The notes under the pieces were generated by a model that saw nothing but the letters and a program-made list of their open reading frames with translations, had not been told where the DNA came from and searched no databases. A DNA stretch of 64,000 nucleotides from positions 309 to 64,308 of the forward strand of contig JBBQZW010000002.1 of the NCBI GenBank assembly GCA_038207395.1, read 5' to 3'. Shown here one piece after another: positions 17,841 to 28,675 of this stretch. The position numbers and the translations under genes are program-made. Source of the DNA: Minisyncoccia bacterium. GTDB taxonomy: Bacteria; Patescibacteriota; Minisyncoccia; Phycocordibacterales; Phycocordibacteraceae. Numbering within the stretch: position 1 is the stretch's first letter; every line of letters starts with the position of its first letter.

Positions 17841-18896
17841 TTACGAAACAATCTGCTTTGCGGCACGCTTCCCTTTGTCATAGTCATTAAGAAACTCACG
17901 CAGTGCAGCTGCAACAGGAATAGCCAGCACTACGCCAAGGAATCCTGCTAGCTCTCCCCCCACAATAAGCGCGAGAATAACAAGGAGTGGCGGAATTCCC
18001 ACCACCTTATTCACTACAAGCGGATGAATAATGTGAGACTCGAACTGATTGATGATGAGATATAAGCCCCCCACAATAAAGACGAGTGATATCCCGCCCG
18101 TTGAAAATGCGAGGGCAAGAGGAGGAACGGCTGAAAGAAATGAGCCAAAGATGGGAATGAGCATCATTGCTGCGGTGAAAAGCGCCAAAACAAAGGCGAA
18201 CGGAATACCAAGTATGACAAGACCAAGGTACGCCAGCACTCCTCCAATAAGCGACGAGAGGACTTGTCCCTGCATCCAGAGTCCAATCTTAATACGGGCC
18301 CGCAGCCAAAGACTAATAACATACTCTTCTTTATCGGCGGGTGTTATGACACGCAGAAAATCTTCAACTCCAGTATCGAGCATCGCAAAGTAGAACGAAA
18401 GAACTACGACCAAGCCAAAGGCAAAGACTCCTCCGAATATTGCAGAGAGGAGGCGGAACGCACCCTGAGATGAGCCAGAGAAGATCTCGCGGAAGTTTAG
18501 TAGTGTTGTGATGGCTGACTGCGCTTCATTAGTAAATGCCGAACCTGAGTCAAGACTTGGCATTGAGCCCACAGGAAGATTAAGTGAGTCAAGGTACTGA
18601 GGAATTTGGGAGATAAGTCCTTGTGCATCACTCAAAATGGGAGGAATGAAGAAGTAAAGAACGGCAAAGAACGAACCAAACACCGTGACGTACATCAGGA
18701 GCACTGATAATACGCGCGGGATACGGTTACGGACGAGATACCCTACTCCAGGCTCTATAGCAGAAGCGATAACGACAGCCGTAAGCACGAGAAGAACGAG
18801 TCCTCGGAGCTGCCACAGAGCGAACGCTAAGGCTCCCACAACAATTGCACGCATAAACGTACCGGTTGTAATAGAGATCGTTGAATCAGGCTTCAT
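17841..18896 (-). CDS. AI-2E family transporter
   Basis: 'GLWMQGQ', 'IPIFG', 'NQFESHII.P', 'G..GVVLAIP'; start moved to ATG 18896. Confidence 0.85.
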   Translation of the reverse strand: MKPDSTISITTGTFMRAIVVGALAFALWQLRGLVLLVLTAVVIASAIEPGVGYLVRNRIPRVLSVLLMYVTVFGSFFAVLYFFIPPILSDAQGLISQIPQYLDSLNLPVGSMPSLDSGSAFTNEAQSAITTLLNFREIFSGSSQGAFRLLSAIFGGVFAFGLVVVLSFYFAMLDTGVEDFLRVITPADKEEYVISLWLRARIKIGLWMQGQVLSSLIGGVLAYLGLVILGIPFAFVLALFTAAMMLIPIFGSFLSAVPPLALAFSTGGISLVFIVGGLYLIINQFESHIIHPLVVNKVVGIPPLLVILALIVGGELAGFLGVVLAIPVAAALREFLNDYDKGKRAAKQIVS

Positions 18897-18966
18897 ATAG
18901 GCGATAGTAGCACGAATCACTCCACCTAAAGAATCTATCCCGCACTCTAGAACTATCAGTATGTGC

Positions 18967-20361
18967 CTACGAAAGAGCGCTCCTAATCTTCTCCATAACT
19001 TCTGCAACGGTAAGGCGCTCCTGCTCTCCCGTATCGCGGTGGCGGATGGTTACGGTGTCTTTTAATTCTGGTGTCTCTCCGAGGGTATCGAAATCAATCG
19101 TGATACAGAACGGCGTACCAATCTCATCCTGTCGACGATACCGCTTCCCAATATTTCCGTTGTCGTCCCAAGCAATAGCGGGATGTATTTTCTGAAGCTC
19201 TTTACGAATTTCTTTCGCTTTCTCAACGAGCTCCGGTTTGTTTTTTAAGAGCGGTGAGACCATTGCTTTTATCGGCGCAACTCTTGGATCAAGGGCAAGA
19301 TACGTACGCTTCTCTCCCCCAAGGTCATCTTCGCGATACGCTGACGCAAGCACGGCTAGGAGTGTACGCCCAACTCCGAATGACGGTTCGATAACATGCG
19401 GGAGAAACTTCTCTCCTGATGCTTCATCCATATATTCAAGCTTTTGACTTGAGCCCGTTTGGTGTGCGTTAAGATCAAAGTCTGTGCGGTATGCGAGTCC
19501 CCAGAGCTCTCTGGTACCAAACGGAAAATCAAACTCAAAATCAATAGTTCGCATTGAGTAGTGTGCACGATCTTCTGCAGATATTTCTACTTCGTGGAGA
19601 TGTTCTACCGGAAGTCCAATCTGCTGGGAATATGCATGAATCGCCTTCCGCCATTCCTCGAAGGCACGTTCCCAATCATTCGGGTGTACAAAATACTCCA
19701 CCTCCATCTGTTCAAGTTCGCGAACGCGGAATACAAATTCACGCGGTGCTATTTCATTACGGAAAGCCTTTCCAATTTGTCCCATACCAAACGGGAGCTT
19801 CGGGTGAAATGCGTCAACAATATTCTTAAAGTTCACAAACATACCGCCTGCTGTTTCGGGACGAAGGTATACGGTTGAGTCCGCTCCTTCAACCGAGCCG
19901 ACGCTCGTACGAAACATCATATTGAATTGCTGAACATCAGAGAGCGGATTCTTTTCAGGACTCATTATTCCCTTCTCCTTTATTGCAGTACTCATCTGCT
20001 CCGGCGTCATACCTAACGGATTCACTCCCGCCTCTTCTAGAAGATGATCAGCGCGGTATCGTTTATTGGTTTTTATATCCACCACAAGCGGGTCAGAGAA
20101 GCCAGCAACGTGCCCTGATGCTTCCCATGCTTTTGGATTCATGAGGATTGCCGCATCAATCCCGTACATGTCGTCGCGTGTTTCGACGAACATGCGCCAC
20201 CATAGCGCTTCAATGTTTTTCTTCAGCGCAAGACCATGAGGACCATAGTCAAAGGTGCCGGAAAGCCCTCCATATATTTCAGAGCCAGGAAAGATAAAAC
20301 CACGGCGTTTACAGAGCGAGACGATCTGCTCAAGGGTTACGGGAGTCTGTTCTTCATTCAT
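18967..20361 (-). CDS. glyQS: Glycyl-tRNA synthetase, alpha2 (homodimeric) type
   Basis: 'KRRGF..PGSEIYGG', 'YLRPETA', 'FRNEI', 'IGKRYRRQDEIGTP'. Confidence 0.96.
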   Translation of the reverse strand: MNEEQTPVTLEQIVSLCKRRGFIFPGSEIYGGLSGTFDYGPHGLALKKNIEALWWRMFVETRDDMYGIDAAILMNPKAWEASGHVAGFSDPLVVDIKTNKRYRADHLLEEAGVNPLGMTPEQMSTAIKEKGIMSPEKNPLSDVQQFNMMFRTSVGSVEGADSTVYLRPETAGGMFVNFKNIVDAFHPKLPFGMGQIGKAFRNEIAPREFVFRVRELEQMEVEYFVHPNDWERAFEEWRKAIHAYSQQIGLPVEHLHEVEISAEDRAHYSMRTIDFEFDFPFGTRELWGLAYRTDFDLNAHQTGSSQKLEYMDEASGEKFLPHVIEPSFGVGRTLLAVLASAYREDDLGGEKRTYLALDPRVAPIKAMVSPLLKNKPELVEKAKEIRKELQKIHPAIAWDDNGNIGKRYRRQDEIGTPFCITIDFDTLGETPELKDTVTIRHRDTGEQERLTVAEVMEKIRSALS

Positions 20362-20366
20362 ATCTG

Positions 20367-22226
20367 TTACTGTACCGTACCTGAGCTTTGCGAACCTGAC
20401 AAACTCGTCGTAAGAGCGGGTGCAGTGGCTGCTGTCTGAAGTCCGGTAGCACGATCAAAGCCGGTGAATGACTGGTCTTGGAGAAGCACCGGAATACTTC
20501 CAGACTGAGAAGAACTTGGTTGGAACCCAATCTGCAAACGAGCGCTTGCTTGAGCACCGGGTGCAAGGTCGCCAACGAGCCACGTAACCGTGTGAGTGTC
20601 AGGATTATACGAGACTCCTGCGTCAGCCACACCGGTGTATCTCGCATATGAAGGTAGTTGTGCAGTTACTTTCGCCGCACCCACCGAGTTAAGGCTATTC
20701 TTTGCGGCGAGTGTAACGGTATACAAGGTTTCTTTTCCGACGCTAGGCGGGACTGGACCTGTGGTTGAAGTGTTTGTGTGGGAAAGAGTTGAGGTGAGAG
20801 TTACCGTCGTACCAACCTTAACCGTTCGGGTGAGTGTAGACGTTAGTGTTTGTGCTGCAGAACCCTGGCTTCCCTGTGTTCCGGTAACTGAAACCGTAAG
20901 CGTGATAGTTGGATTTTTAACTCCACTAAGTGCTGCCGGTGATTTCACATTAAAACTAAACGAGCCTGTTCCCGTGTCTCCCGCTGAAAGCGCAGCAAGT
21001 GAAGGATTCGTTGTGCTGTCAAAAATTACACTTGAGTCTGAGGAGCGATAGAAACCTGAGCCTCCACTAATACTCGATGGCGCAAGAGCATTTCCTGAAA
21101 GGGCTATGCGAATAGTGGCGTTCGTCAGTGTTGAAGTAAGGGTGTTTTGCCAGGTAAGCAAAGCACCAATAATGTCGCCTGGCTTTGCAGTAATAGTGTC
21201 TGCGGATTCTCGGTTAAGAGAGAGGGCAACATTTAGGAACGGATGGGTGATCGCCACTATGGCTGAACCTTCGGCGTAGGAGTTTCCAAGAGAACTCGTT
21301 CCATCAGGATTAACGCTTCCTGCAATAAAACGGAATACCCGCTGATCCGTATTCTGACCGACAAGCGTTCCTGTTATTTTTATAACCTTCTGCTCACCCG
21401 GTGCGAGCGTACCGAGAGAAAAGAAGTTTGTACCGGTAGCTGCTGGTTCGGCCTGGCGAATCGAAAAGCCTGAGGGGTACTGTGCGCTGAGCGCCACATT
21501 CGCAACAGGAGCGGTCGCATTTGAACGAACAATGACATTCAGCGTTAACGATTGACCTGAGGGTGTTTGTGAAAGAGTCTGCACCTGCACACTTATTGGT
21601 GATGTGGAGACCGTAACAGAATACTCTTTCTGGGAAACAAAGAGTGCATTTGAATTATCCGAATGATATTCGACTTTAAGTGGAATAGTGAGCGACTGTC
21701 CTTGAGTACCAAAAAGTTTTACCTGCACCGTACGAGTTACATCTCCCCCTGCTGGAATATTTCCCAGAACGTCACTGTACTGGGTGAGCGGCGCGTCAGT
21801 GTCATCACCAGAACGTGTTCCTTCAGGGAGCGCTGCAAAGAGCCTGGCATCGTTTAATGCGGTTGGATTTCCGTTATGAACCGTAATCACAATAGAGACC
21901 GTGTCGCCGCTTGCGATGCTTGCAGTGGACTGTGCTTCTATAGCAACCCGATCACTTGAGAATGCGCGAGTGCCGTGTAGTAAGAGAAACGCTGCCGCTC
22001 CGCCTGCTAGTACGAGAAATATAATGGTTCCGATAAGAAACTTCACCGCCCATGACATGTGCTTTTTTGGAGGTAGCGGGGGCGGTTCCGGTAAGGGAGC
22101 CTGCCACCCATAATTTATTGGGGCTTCTTTATTTGAATACGCAGGTACCGTTACGTGCTCTGGCGCTTGGGGGCGATACAGGCGATCTTCAAGAGATTCT
22201 AAGGGTGATCGTTTCTCAGGGGGCAT
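20367..22226 (-). CDS. Single-pass membrane protein with multiple Ig-like/DUF11-like domains
   Basis: N-terminal TM; repeated 'LGTLAPGEQK', 'WLVGDLAPG' beta-sandwich motifs. Confidence 0.7.
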   Translation of the reverse strand: MPPEKRSPLESLEDRLYRPQAPEHVTVPAYSNKEAPINYGWQAPLPEPPPLPPKKHMSWAVKFLIGTIIFLVLAGGAAAFLLLHGTRAFSSDRVAIEAQSTASIASGDTVSIVITVHNGNPTALNDARLFAALPEGTRSGDDTDAPLTQYSDVLGNIPAGGDVTRTVQVKLFGTQGQSLTIPLKVEYHSDNSNALFVSQKEYSVTVSTSPISVQVQTLSQTPSGQSLTLNVIVRSNATAPVANVALSAQYPSGFSIRQAEPAATGTNFFSLGTLAPGEQKVIKITGTLVGQNTDQRVFRFIAGSVNPDGTSSLGNSYAEGSAIVAITHPFLNVALSLNRESADTITAKPGDIIGALLTWQNTLTSTLTNATIRIALSGNALAPSSISGGSGFYRSSDSSVIFDSTTNPSLAALSAGDTGTGSFSFNVKSPAALSGVKNPTITLTVSVTGTQGSQGSAAQTLTSTLTRTVKVGTTVTLTSTLSHTNTSTTGPVPPSVGKETLYTVTLAAKNSLNSVGAAKVTAQLPSYARYTGVADAGVSYNPDTHTVTWLVGDLAPGAQASARLQIGFQPSSSQSGSIPVLLQDQSFTGFDRATGLQTAATAPALTTSLSGSQSSGTVQ

Positions 22227-22267
22227 TGCGAATAGTATATACCGTGTGCCGTGCAGTACGCAGATAA

Positions 22268-22846
22268 TTACAATCCTGATTCACTAATTCCGTGATTAAT
22301 TCGAGCGATGAGTTTTGTGCGGTCAGCGGAAGCACGCGCAAGCGCGCTTCCGGGCGTACCGGAACTATAGTCATCAGCAGCGCCATACGTATCTCCTGCA
22401 TCTACTCCAAGCACATGAAGCATCCTAAGGACGGCGAGCATTTCTGCTGCATCCTGTTCTTCTTCGGAACGTCCAGGTAAAGCACTAAGGAAAGAAGAAA
22501 GTAATAAAAAGAGTTCTGGGTCGGCATGCTCGCCCCGAATAAGACGGTCTGCAAGTTCCATGACACGGGCGGCGCGCTTGCGCGCCGCCCTATCTAACTC
22601 ACGTGCCCAGTTCGTTTCCAACACTGCTCCTGCCATACGCCACACTTCTTTTCCCCGCAATAGCGTCACGTCAGACGCTGAAAGCGTTTGCATGCCGGCA
22701 CTCATCTTTGCACTTCCCTTTCGAGCTCCTTGTGAACGCGCTCGTATAAGACCGAAGTCTTCAGTCAGTAATGATGCCGTAATACTTTCTTCACCCGAAG
22801 GTGTTCGAGCGAGGACAAGTGCACGTGTTGAATACTTATGCCTCAT
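22268..22846 (-). CDS. recO: DNA repair protein RecO (short)
   Basis: 'ALVL....SGE......LLTEDFGLIRA...GARK..AKM'. Confidence 0.8.
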   Translation of the reverse strand: MRHKYSTRALVLARTPSGEESITASLLTEDFGLIRARSQGARKGSAKMSAGMQTLSASDVTLLRGKEVWRMAGAVLETNWARELDRAARKRAARVMELADRLIRGEHADPELFLLLSSFLSALPGRSEEEQDAAEMLAVLRMLHVLGVDAGDTYGAADDYSSGTPGSALARASADRTKLIARINHGISESGL

Positions 22847-22860
22847 TGCAAAGATTCTCG

Positions 22861-25800
22861 TTATGTACGGATCAAAGAGAATCGTACCGGACCGGTGGAA
22901 AGTTCTGCGATATATACACCGTCTTCACGTCGATCAACCGTCACGCGATCACGAGGTGAGAGATCTTCACTCTTTCGCGCTTCAGCCACTGCGCGCGCAA
23001 ACGCGCGTTCATCACCTTCAACGATAAGCTCCGGAGTAAGTATCGTGTCGATAGAAACCGATTCAGCTCCCGTCTTCACCTCTTTAACATTCACTTCTTC
23101 CATAAGAATTCCAGCGAGCGCCGAAGAGAGTTCACCTGGAATTGAAAGTGACGCAAGCGGCTGGCGCACTTTCATGTCTGCTTTTTGACGAAGCATTAGT
23201 GCTTCAGAGGCAAGCTCACGCACACGCTTCATATCCTCGATCAGCTGCTCGTCTGAGTCCCCACCTTCCGGCCAGCTCATTAGATGAACGCTTTCTGCAT
23301 CATGTTCATCACGAAATATTTGGAACATATCTTCTGCAAGGAAAGGCGAAAATGGTGCGAGCATGAGCGCACTTTTCATAAGGGTTTCGCGAAGCGTGGT
23401 GAGTGCAGCAGCATCACCGTCACGTGCACGATCACGAATACGGCGTACGTACCACTGAGAAAGATCTTCGAACAAACCGGCAAGAGAGCGCGTTGCGTCA
23501 TACGGACGATACCCGTCCATATGTTCCGTAACACTCAGCACTGTTTCGTTTGTACGCGCCTGCATCCATAGATCAATTGGCTGGTATTCGAGCGGTTCCT
23601 CACCCCCTTCCTGCTGTCCGTCTTTAAAGAGGGCGAAGAATTTTACACTGTTCTCAAACCAGGAAAGTGCACGGGCAGACTCGCGAACAGTTTTCACATC
23701 AAAATTCTTTGAATCCCCTGGCTGATTAACGCTATACATCCAGAATCGGAGTGTGTCAGCTCCCCACTCATCTATCGCTTCCCACGGATTAATGACATTG
23801 CCTTTCGACTTACTCATTTTCTTCCCTTCAGCATCCAAAAGATGTCCCAGAGAAATAACGTTCTTATAGGGTGCGCCTTTACCGGTAAGTACGCCAATGG
23901 CGAGGAGTGTATAGAACCACCCGCGTGTCTGGTCTATCGCTTCAGAAATATAGTCGGCAGGATATCCTGGACCATCCACCCACTCTTTGTTTTCAAATGG
24001 ATAGTGATCTTGCGCAAACGGCATTGAGCCTGAGTCAAACCACACATCCATTACTTCCGAAACGCGGCGAAGCTCAGTTCCAGCGTCACTCAAAAGCACT
24101 ACCTCATCAATAAACGGACGATGTAGATCTAGCTCATATTTTTCATTGTGCGGAAGTGGTGCAAATTCAAATTCAAGCACTCCAGCAAATGGAAGGCTAG
24201 TATGCGTCAATAACATTGACTCGGCACTCGTAGCGCCTAGCGCGACCGCCGGAACAACTTCTGAGGCAACACCGTGACTAACAATGAGGATTCGTTCATT
24301 CGTTATCGTTCGTTCAATCTCATACAGGAAGTCACCGAAACGGTTCTTTGCCATCTGATAACTTTCTCCGTCAGGAAAGGAATGGTCATACGGGTGACTA
24401 TCTCGATACGCTATGTATTCGTCGAGTGTTCCCTCTCCATAAAAAGAACCGAAATTAAGTTCACGAAGACGGTCATCGTATGTAATAGCGGAATGATCAA
24501 TGCCGAGTTCATCTGCTACGAGTTTTGCGGTCTGTGTTGTTCGTTCAAAGGGCGATGCAAAAATACGAGTTACCTTTTTTTCTTTTAACGCTTCCGCGGA
24601 TACCTGTACCTGAGTCCGGCCTGTTTCAGTAAGACTAAATCTTTTTTCATTTTTGCAGTCGAGGAAATTTCGTATATTATTCTCTGCCTCTCCGTGACGC
24701 ATTAGGAAATACGTATTCCCGCTTTTTGGTATACGTGCTTTTAGTTCATCGACAGATCCAATAACAATCCGTTCTCCGGTATCTTTGTTCTCCCACACCG
24801 GAAGCGGCGTGCCCCAATATCGTTCACGAGAGACGGCCCACTCTTTCGCACCTGCGAGCCACTCGCCCATACGCCCTTCCTGGATGTATCCCGGCTCCCA
24901 ATGAATCTTTTTGTTTTCTGCTACAAGTGTATCTCGTAAATCATGCATGCGGATGAACCACGAATCACGCGCGTAGTATATGAGTCGGTTCTTACTTCGC
25001 CAACAGTGCGGGTATGAATGGGTGTACGACTCCTTTGAAAATACTGCATTCTTTGCCTGCAAATCTTTAAGAATTTCAACATTAGTGTCAGGACTGACTA
25101 CCGACATTCCTTCAAACATACCGGTGCCGGGGAGAAACGTTCCATCCGGTGCCACCAAATGTACTTTTGGAAGTCCAACCTTTTGCCCTAATTCAAAGTC
25201 ATCCTGGCCATACATAACGGCCGTGTGCACGATACCCGTACCATCTTCAGTCGTTACAAAGTCAGCAGCGTGCACCGTATATGCTGTCTCGAACTTTGAC
25301 TGCTCAGTTTCCGAAGCAAGCTGTTGAGCGAATGGATAGAGTGGGGTGTATTCGGTTCCCACCAAATCTTTTCCAAGGTATGTGTCACCAGTAAGATACG
25401 CCTCTCCTTCGAAGTTAAAAAGTTTGGTCACGAGATTTTGCGCAACAATATACTTTTCACTTCCCTTAAGAACTTTTACATATTCAATATCCTTCCCGAC
25501 TGCGAGCGCGATGTTTCCAGGAAGCGTCCAAGGAGTCGTAGTCCATGCGAGGAAGTATGTGCCTGGTTCGTCAGCAAGTTCAAACTTTGCCGTGATCGTA
25601 AGATCTTTGACGTCTTCGTATCCTTGAGCAAGCTCATGGCTCGAAAGCGCGGTACCGCAGACCGGACACCACGGAAGAACTTTGTAGTCTTTATACAAAC
25701 GATCGTCGTCAGAAATACCCTTTAAAATATTCCACACAGACTCCATGAACTTCGGATCAAACGTAAAATACGCTTTGTCTTGATCAACCCAATACCCAAT

Positions 25801-26217
25801 GCGGTCCGTGAACTGCTGCCATTCGTTTACATACGTAAATACACTCTCTCTACATTTCGCATTAAATTCAGCGATGCCATATGCCTCAATATCTTTCTTT
25901 CCTGAAAAGCCAAGCTGCTTCTCTACTTCAAGCTCCACCGGAAGACCATGCGTGTCCCACCCAGCTCTGCGAGGCACATGATATCCACGCATTGTTTTAT
26001 AGCGCGGAAGTGCATCTTTAAAGGCACGGGACTCGAGGTGATGAACACCCGGACGTCCGTTTGCCGTTGGAGGACCTTCATAAAATACGAATTCACCGCT
26101 CGGCGATTCTTTCTGAAGACTTTTCTCAAAAATGGTGTTCTCCTTCCAAAAGGCTAAAATGCGTTCCTCACGCACCGAGGCGTCAGATTTTTTCGGGGTC
26201 TTTTCAGATTCGCTCAT
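22861..26217 (-). CDS. ileS: Isoleucyl-tRNA synthetase (type 2) with inserted histidine-phosphatase domain
   Basis: 'YEGPPTANG', '[10 protein letters not shown]', 'WTTTPWTLP', 'SRERYWGTP', 'DQTRGWF', 'KMSKS'; insert with 'MRHGE...VSHG'. Confidence 0.95.
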   Translation of the reverse strand: MSESEKTPKKSDASVREERILAFWKENTIFEKSLQKESPSGEFVFYEGPPTANGRPGVHHLESRAFKDALPRYKTMRGYHVPRRAGWDTHGLPVELEVEKQLGFSGKKDIEAYGIAEFNAKCRESVFTYVNEWQQFTDRIGYWVDQDKAYFTFDPKFMESVWNILKGISDDDRLYKDYKVLPWCPVCGTALSSHELAQGYEDVKDLTITAKFELADEPGTYFLAWTTTPWTLPGNIALAVGKDIEYVKVLKGSEKYIVAQNLVTKLFNFEGEAYLTGDTYLGKDLVGTEYTPLYPFAQQLASETEQSKFETAYTVHAADFVTTEDGTGIVHTAVMYGQDDFELGQKVGLPKVHLVAPDGTFLPGTGMFEGMSVVSPDTNVEILKDLQAKNAVFSKESYTHSYPHCWRSKNRLIYYARDSWFIRMHDLRDTLVAENKKIHWEPGYIQEGRMGEWLAGAKEWAVSRERYWGTPLPVWENKDTGERIVIGSVDELKARIPKSGNTYFLMRHGEAENNIRNFLDCKNEKRFSLTETGRTQVQVSAEALKEKKVTRIFASPFERTTQTAKLVADELGIDHSAITYDDRLRELNFGSFYGEGTLDEYIAYRDSHPYDHSFPDGESYQMAKNRFGDFLYEIERTITNERILIVSHGVASEVVPAVALGATSAESMLLTHTSLPFAGVLEFEFAPLPHNEKYELDLHRPFIDEVVLLSDAGTELRRVSEVMDVWFDSGSMPFAQDHYPFENKEWVDGPGYPADYISEAIDQTRGWFYTLLAIGVLTGKGAPYKNVISLGHLLDAEGKKMSKSKGNVINPWEAIDEWGADTLRFWMYSVNQPGDSKNFDVKTVRESARALSWFENSVKFFALFKDGQQEGGEEPLEYQPIDLWMQARTNETVLSVTEHMDGYRPYDATRSLAGLFEDLSQWYVRRIRDRARDGDAAALTTLRETLMKSALMLAPFSPFLAEDMFQIFRDEHDAESVHLMSWPEGGDSDEQLIEDMKRVRELASEALMLRQKADMKVRQPLASLSIPGELSSALAGILMEEVNVKEVKTGAESVSIDTILTPELIVEGDERAFARAVAEARKSEDLSPRDRVTVDRREDGVYIAELSTGPVRFSLIRT

Positions 26218-26305
26218 AATATAGCCATCCTACCGCTCCTGAGCACAAAAGAAAAACCCGACGCGCATGGAGCGCGCCGGGTCAGGCGAATGTGCTGAAA
26301 TGAAA

Positions 26306-26548
26306 TCAGCGATGCGAAGGAATGGGCGAACCATTGAAGCCGCTGAAAAATGCGAGGAGTGCTTTGCGCGCCCGCTGCGTCAGCGACTTTCTTCCCTTGA
26401 ACTTCGAGTAGGCACTGCGTGCCTCACGCGCGATTCCCTTTCGGTTTCCGAAAGTGGCTTGAAATGCTCGCTGGAACAGACGTTCCGCGCTGCAGCGCAA
26501 GTGGGTGCAGACCTCATTGATCTGCGTTTGGATTCCTTTTCGTGCCAA
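26306..26548 (-). CDS. Small basic hypothetical protein
   Basis: GGAG SD + TTG at 26548; own downstream terminator hairpin (~26250-26286). Confidence 0.45.
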   Translation of the reverse strand: MARKGIQTQINEVCTHLRCSAERLFQRAFQATFGNRKGIAREARSAYSKFKGRKSLTQRARKALLAFFSGFNGSPIPSHR

Positions 26549-26656
26549 GGTACCGTCTCCCTGTAACATTTGCCACTTTATTGCGACAAGAGCTACCATA
26601 CCTCGCCCCTACCTAACACGCAAGTGAGTTATGCAGTCCCCTACTCTTTTGATTCA

Positions 26657-28333
26657 CTACATTCGCTCCGGCGCAGGAATACCCAAAAGCCACAAACCGT
26701 TTTGCATCGTATGTATAAATGATTGCACTAGAGCAAGTTTCACCGCTTCATCTTCTGAACCAATGATGCGTTCGTTTGCATAGAAAGAATTCCATTCACT
26801 CGCAAGCTGAATGAGGTACGTCGCAATGATGTGCGGGCCAGAAAGTTCCTGGGCTTTTGTAACTACACCCGGGAAGCGAGTGATGAGACGCGCAAGTGCC
26901 GAAGGAGCAAGCGCATCTGAAAGCTCAGGCGTTACTTCCGATTTCTCCAGAATGGTACGGGCGCGTACGAGCGCGTACTGAAGATACGGCCCTGAGTCCC
27001 CCTCAAGAGCGAGGGACTTTTCTGGATCGAAAACAATACTTCCTCCTGGTGCACTTCGAAGAATCATATATTTAAGTGCTCCCACAGCCACCTGTTGTGC
27101 GACTACGGGATCACTATTCCGTTCAGTGGCGCGCTCTAGCACTTCGGTTAGTAATTCACGCGCAGTGATTACATTTCCTTTTCGTGACGACATTTTCCCC
27201 GTGGTAAGTGTTAGAAGGCCGTGAGAAATATGACTCATCTTCGCCGCTACCAAAGGAGCAATCTCAGAGAGTGCTGAAAGAAATACTTTAAAGTGACCTG
27301 TCTGCTCTGATCCGGTTTCAATAATGATTGCGTCAGTCTCAATTCGTTCTTCTTTATAAAAGGCGAGACCTATATCTTTAGCTTCGTACGTGGGGGTGCC
27401 GCGTGAAGTAATGAAGACAAGGGTGTGGAGACCTTTTTTCTCTCCTGAGTAAATTACTGCTCCTTCGCTTTCTTCGAATACCCCTTTTGCAAGTCCATCC
27501 TTTACCACGGTCACTCCAGTAGCAGTCACTTCACTTTCAAAAAAGTAGTAGTCAAAGTTTGTATCTAATGTTCGATATATTTCACGGAACGACTCCAACG
27601 CAAGATCGCGTCCCTTACGCCATAGTTCAAGCAGCATTCGTTCTTCATCAGTATGGTCTCCAGATACCTTATCCAGTGCCTTGTAGAGTTCAACGTTCAA
27701 TACATCAATTTCCTGCTTAGCTTTTTCTGACTCTTCATATGCGTTTGCGCCGTGCGTGTAGGCTTCCCCTATCTCGCGGGAAGTTGCGGGCTCGGTGATA
27801 TTTTTTTCTCGCAATGCCCAAAGTGCTTTTGCCACATGAGGACCCACGTCTCCTCCGTAACTATCGCGCAGAACGTGCGCACCTGAATATTCCGTAATAC
27901 GAGCAACGGACTCCCCAATAACCGTACTGAGCAAATGACCAATGTGCATTTCTTTAAACGGATTAGGACAGGAGTATTCAATCATTACTCGTTTCCCTGC
28001 TTGTGCGTCATTTTTTCCCCATAGTTCTGGAGCGCTCACTGCATCATTGAGAATATTTGAAAGCACATACGCGGATAGCGTGATGTTCACGAACCCTGGT
28101 CCCGCAACTTCTATGCGCGAAGCATCTTCACCAAGCGCATTTATAAGCGCGGTCTGCAGTACTTCCGCAATTTCATGCGGAGGCTTTCCTAGCTGTTTGC
28201 TTGCAGCAAGCGCCGCATTCACAGCGAAATCGCCGTGCGTCATATCAGCCGGCCACTCCACCGCAAATGAGATATCCTTAGCTCCCATCTGCGAAAGTGC
28301 TTGTTCAACAGCATTTCGAATCTTCTCTTCCAT
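26657..28333 (-). CDS. argS: Arginyl-tRNA synthetase
   Basis: 'AGPGFVN', 'PNPFKEMHIGH', 'KMSSRKG', 'GDSGPYLQYA', 'LGI.APERM'. Confidence 0.97.
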   Translation of the reverse strand: MEEKIRNAVEQALSQMGAKDISFAVEWPADMTHGDFAVNAALAASKQLGKPPHEIAEVLQTALINALGEDASRIEVAGPGFVNITLSAYVLSNILNDAVSAPELWGKNDAQAGKRVMIEYSCPNPFKEMHIGHLLSTVIGESVARITEYSGAHVLRDSYGGDVGPHVAKALWALREKNITEPATSREIGEAYTHGANAYEESEKAKQEIDVLNVELYKALDKVSGDHTDEERMLLELWRKGRDLALESFREIYRTLDTNFDYYFFESEVTATGVTVVKDGLAKGVFEESEGAVIYSGEKKGLHTLVFITSRGTPTYEAKDIGLAFYKEERIETDAIIIETGSEQTGHFKVFLSALSEIAPLVAAKMSHISHGLLTLTTGKMSSRKGNVITARELLTEVLERATERNSDPVVAQQVAVGALKYMILRSAPGGSIVFDPEKSLALEGDSGPYLQYALVRARTILEKSEVTPELSDALAPSALARLITRFPGVVTKAQELSGPHIIATYLIQLASEWNSFYANERIIGSEDEAVKLALVQSFIHTMQNGLWLLGIPAPERM

Positions 28334-28365
28334 ATGGCGACTATACCAGATTAGGCCTTAGATGC

Positions 28366-28662
28366 TTATACATTCGTTGGCAAATGCTCTATGAAATTCC
28401 GTATGCTGTAGAGTTCGCGTGAAAGATTAGCATCGTCCTCAAAGGGCATCCCTTCAATTAATGAGAAATCAAAATCACGAAGTTGGGCGTGTGTGAAAGA
28501 TTCCCTTTCCGTAAGCGCTGTCGCCACATCCTCAAGCTGCGTCATGATTGAATCAATACGGCGGTCTTCGAGATTCTGTGCGCGGTACCGGTTAAGGGTT
28601 GTGAGCACGTTACGGATACGCTCATCCATTTGTTCGTATGCTGCGTCTCGAGGTTTTGCCAT
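28366..28662 (-). CDS. Hypothetical protein
   Basis: ORF from ATG 28662 just downstream of glyA. Confidence 0.55.
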   Translation of the reverse strand: MAKPRDAAYEQMDERIRNVLTTLNRYRAQNLEDRRIDSIMTQLEDVATALTERESFTHAQLRDFDFSLIEGMPFEDDANLSRELYSIRNFIEHLPTNV

Positions 28663-28675
28663 GCAACTGAAATTC

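Noticed and set aside
24160-24715. Intein in ileS
   Set aside because: No C/S...HN splicing motifs; the insert has histidine-phosphatase motifs.
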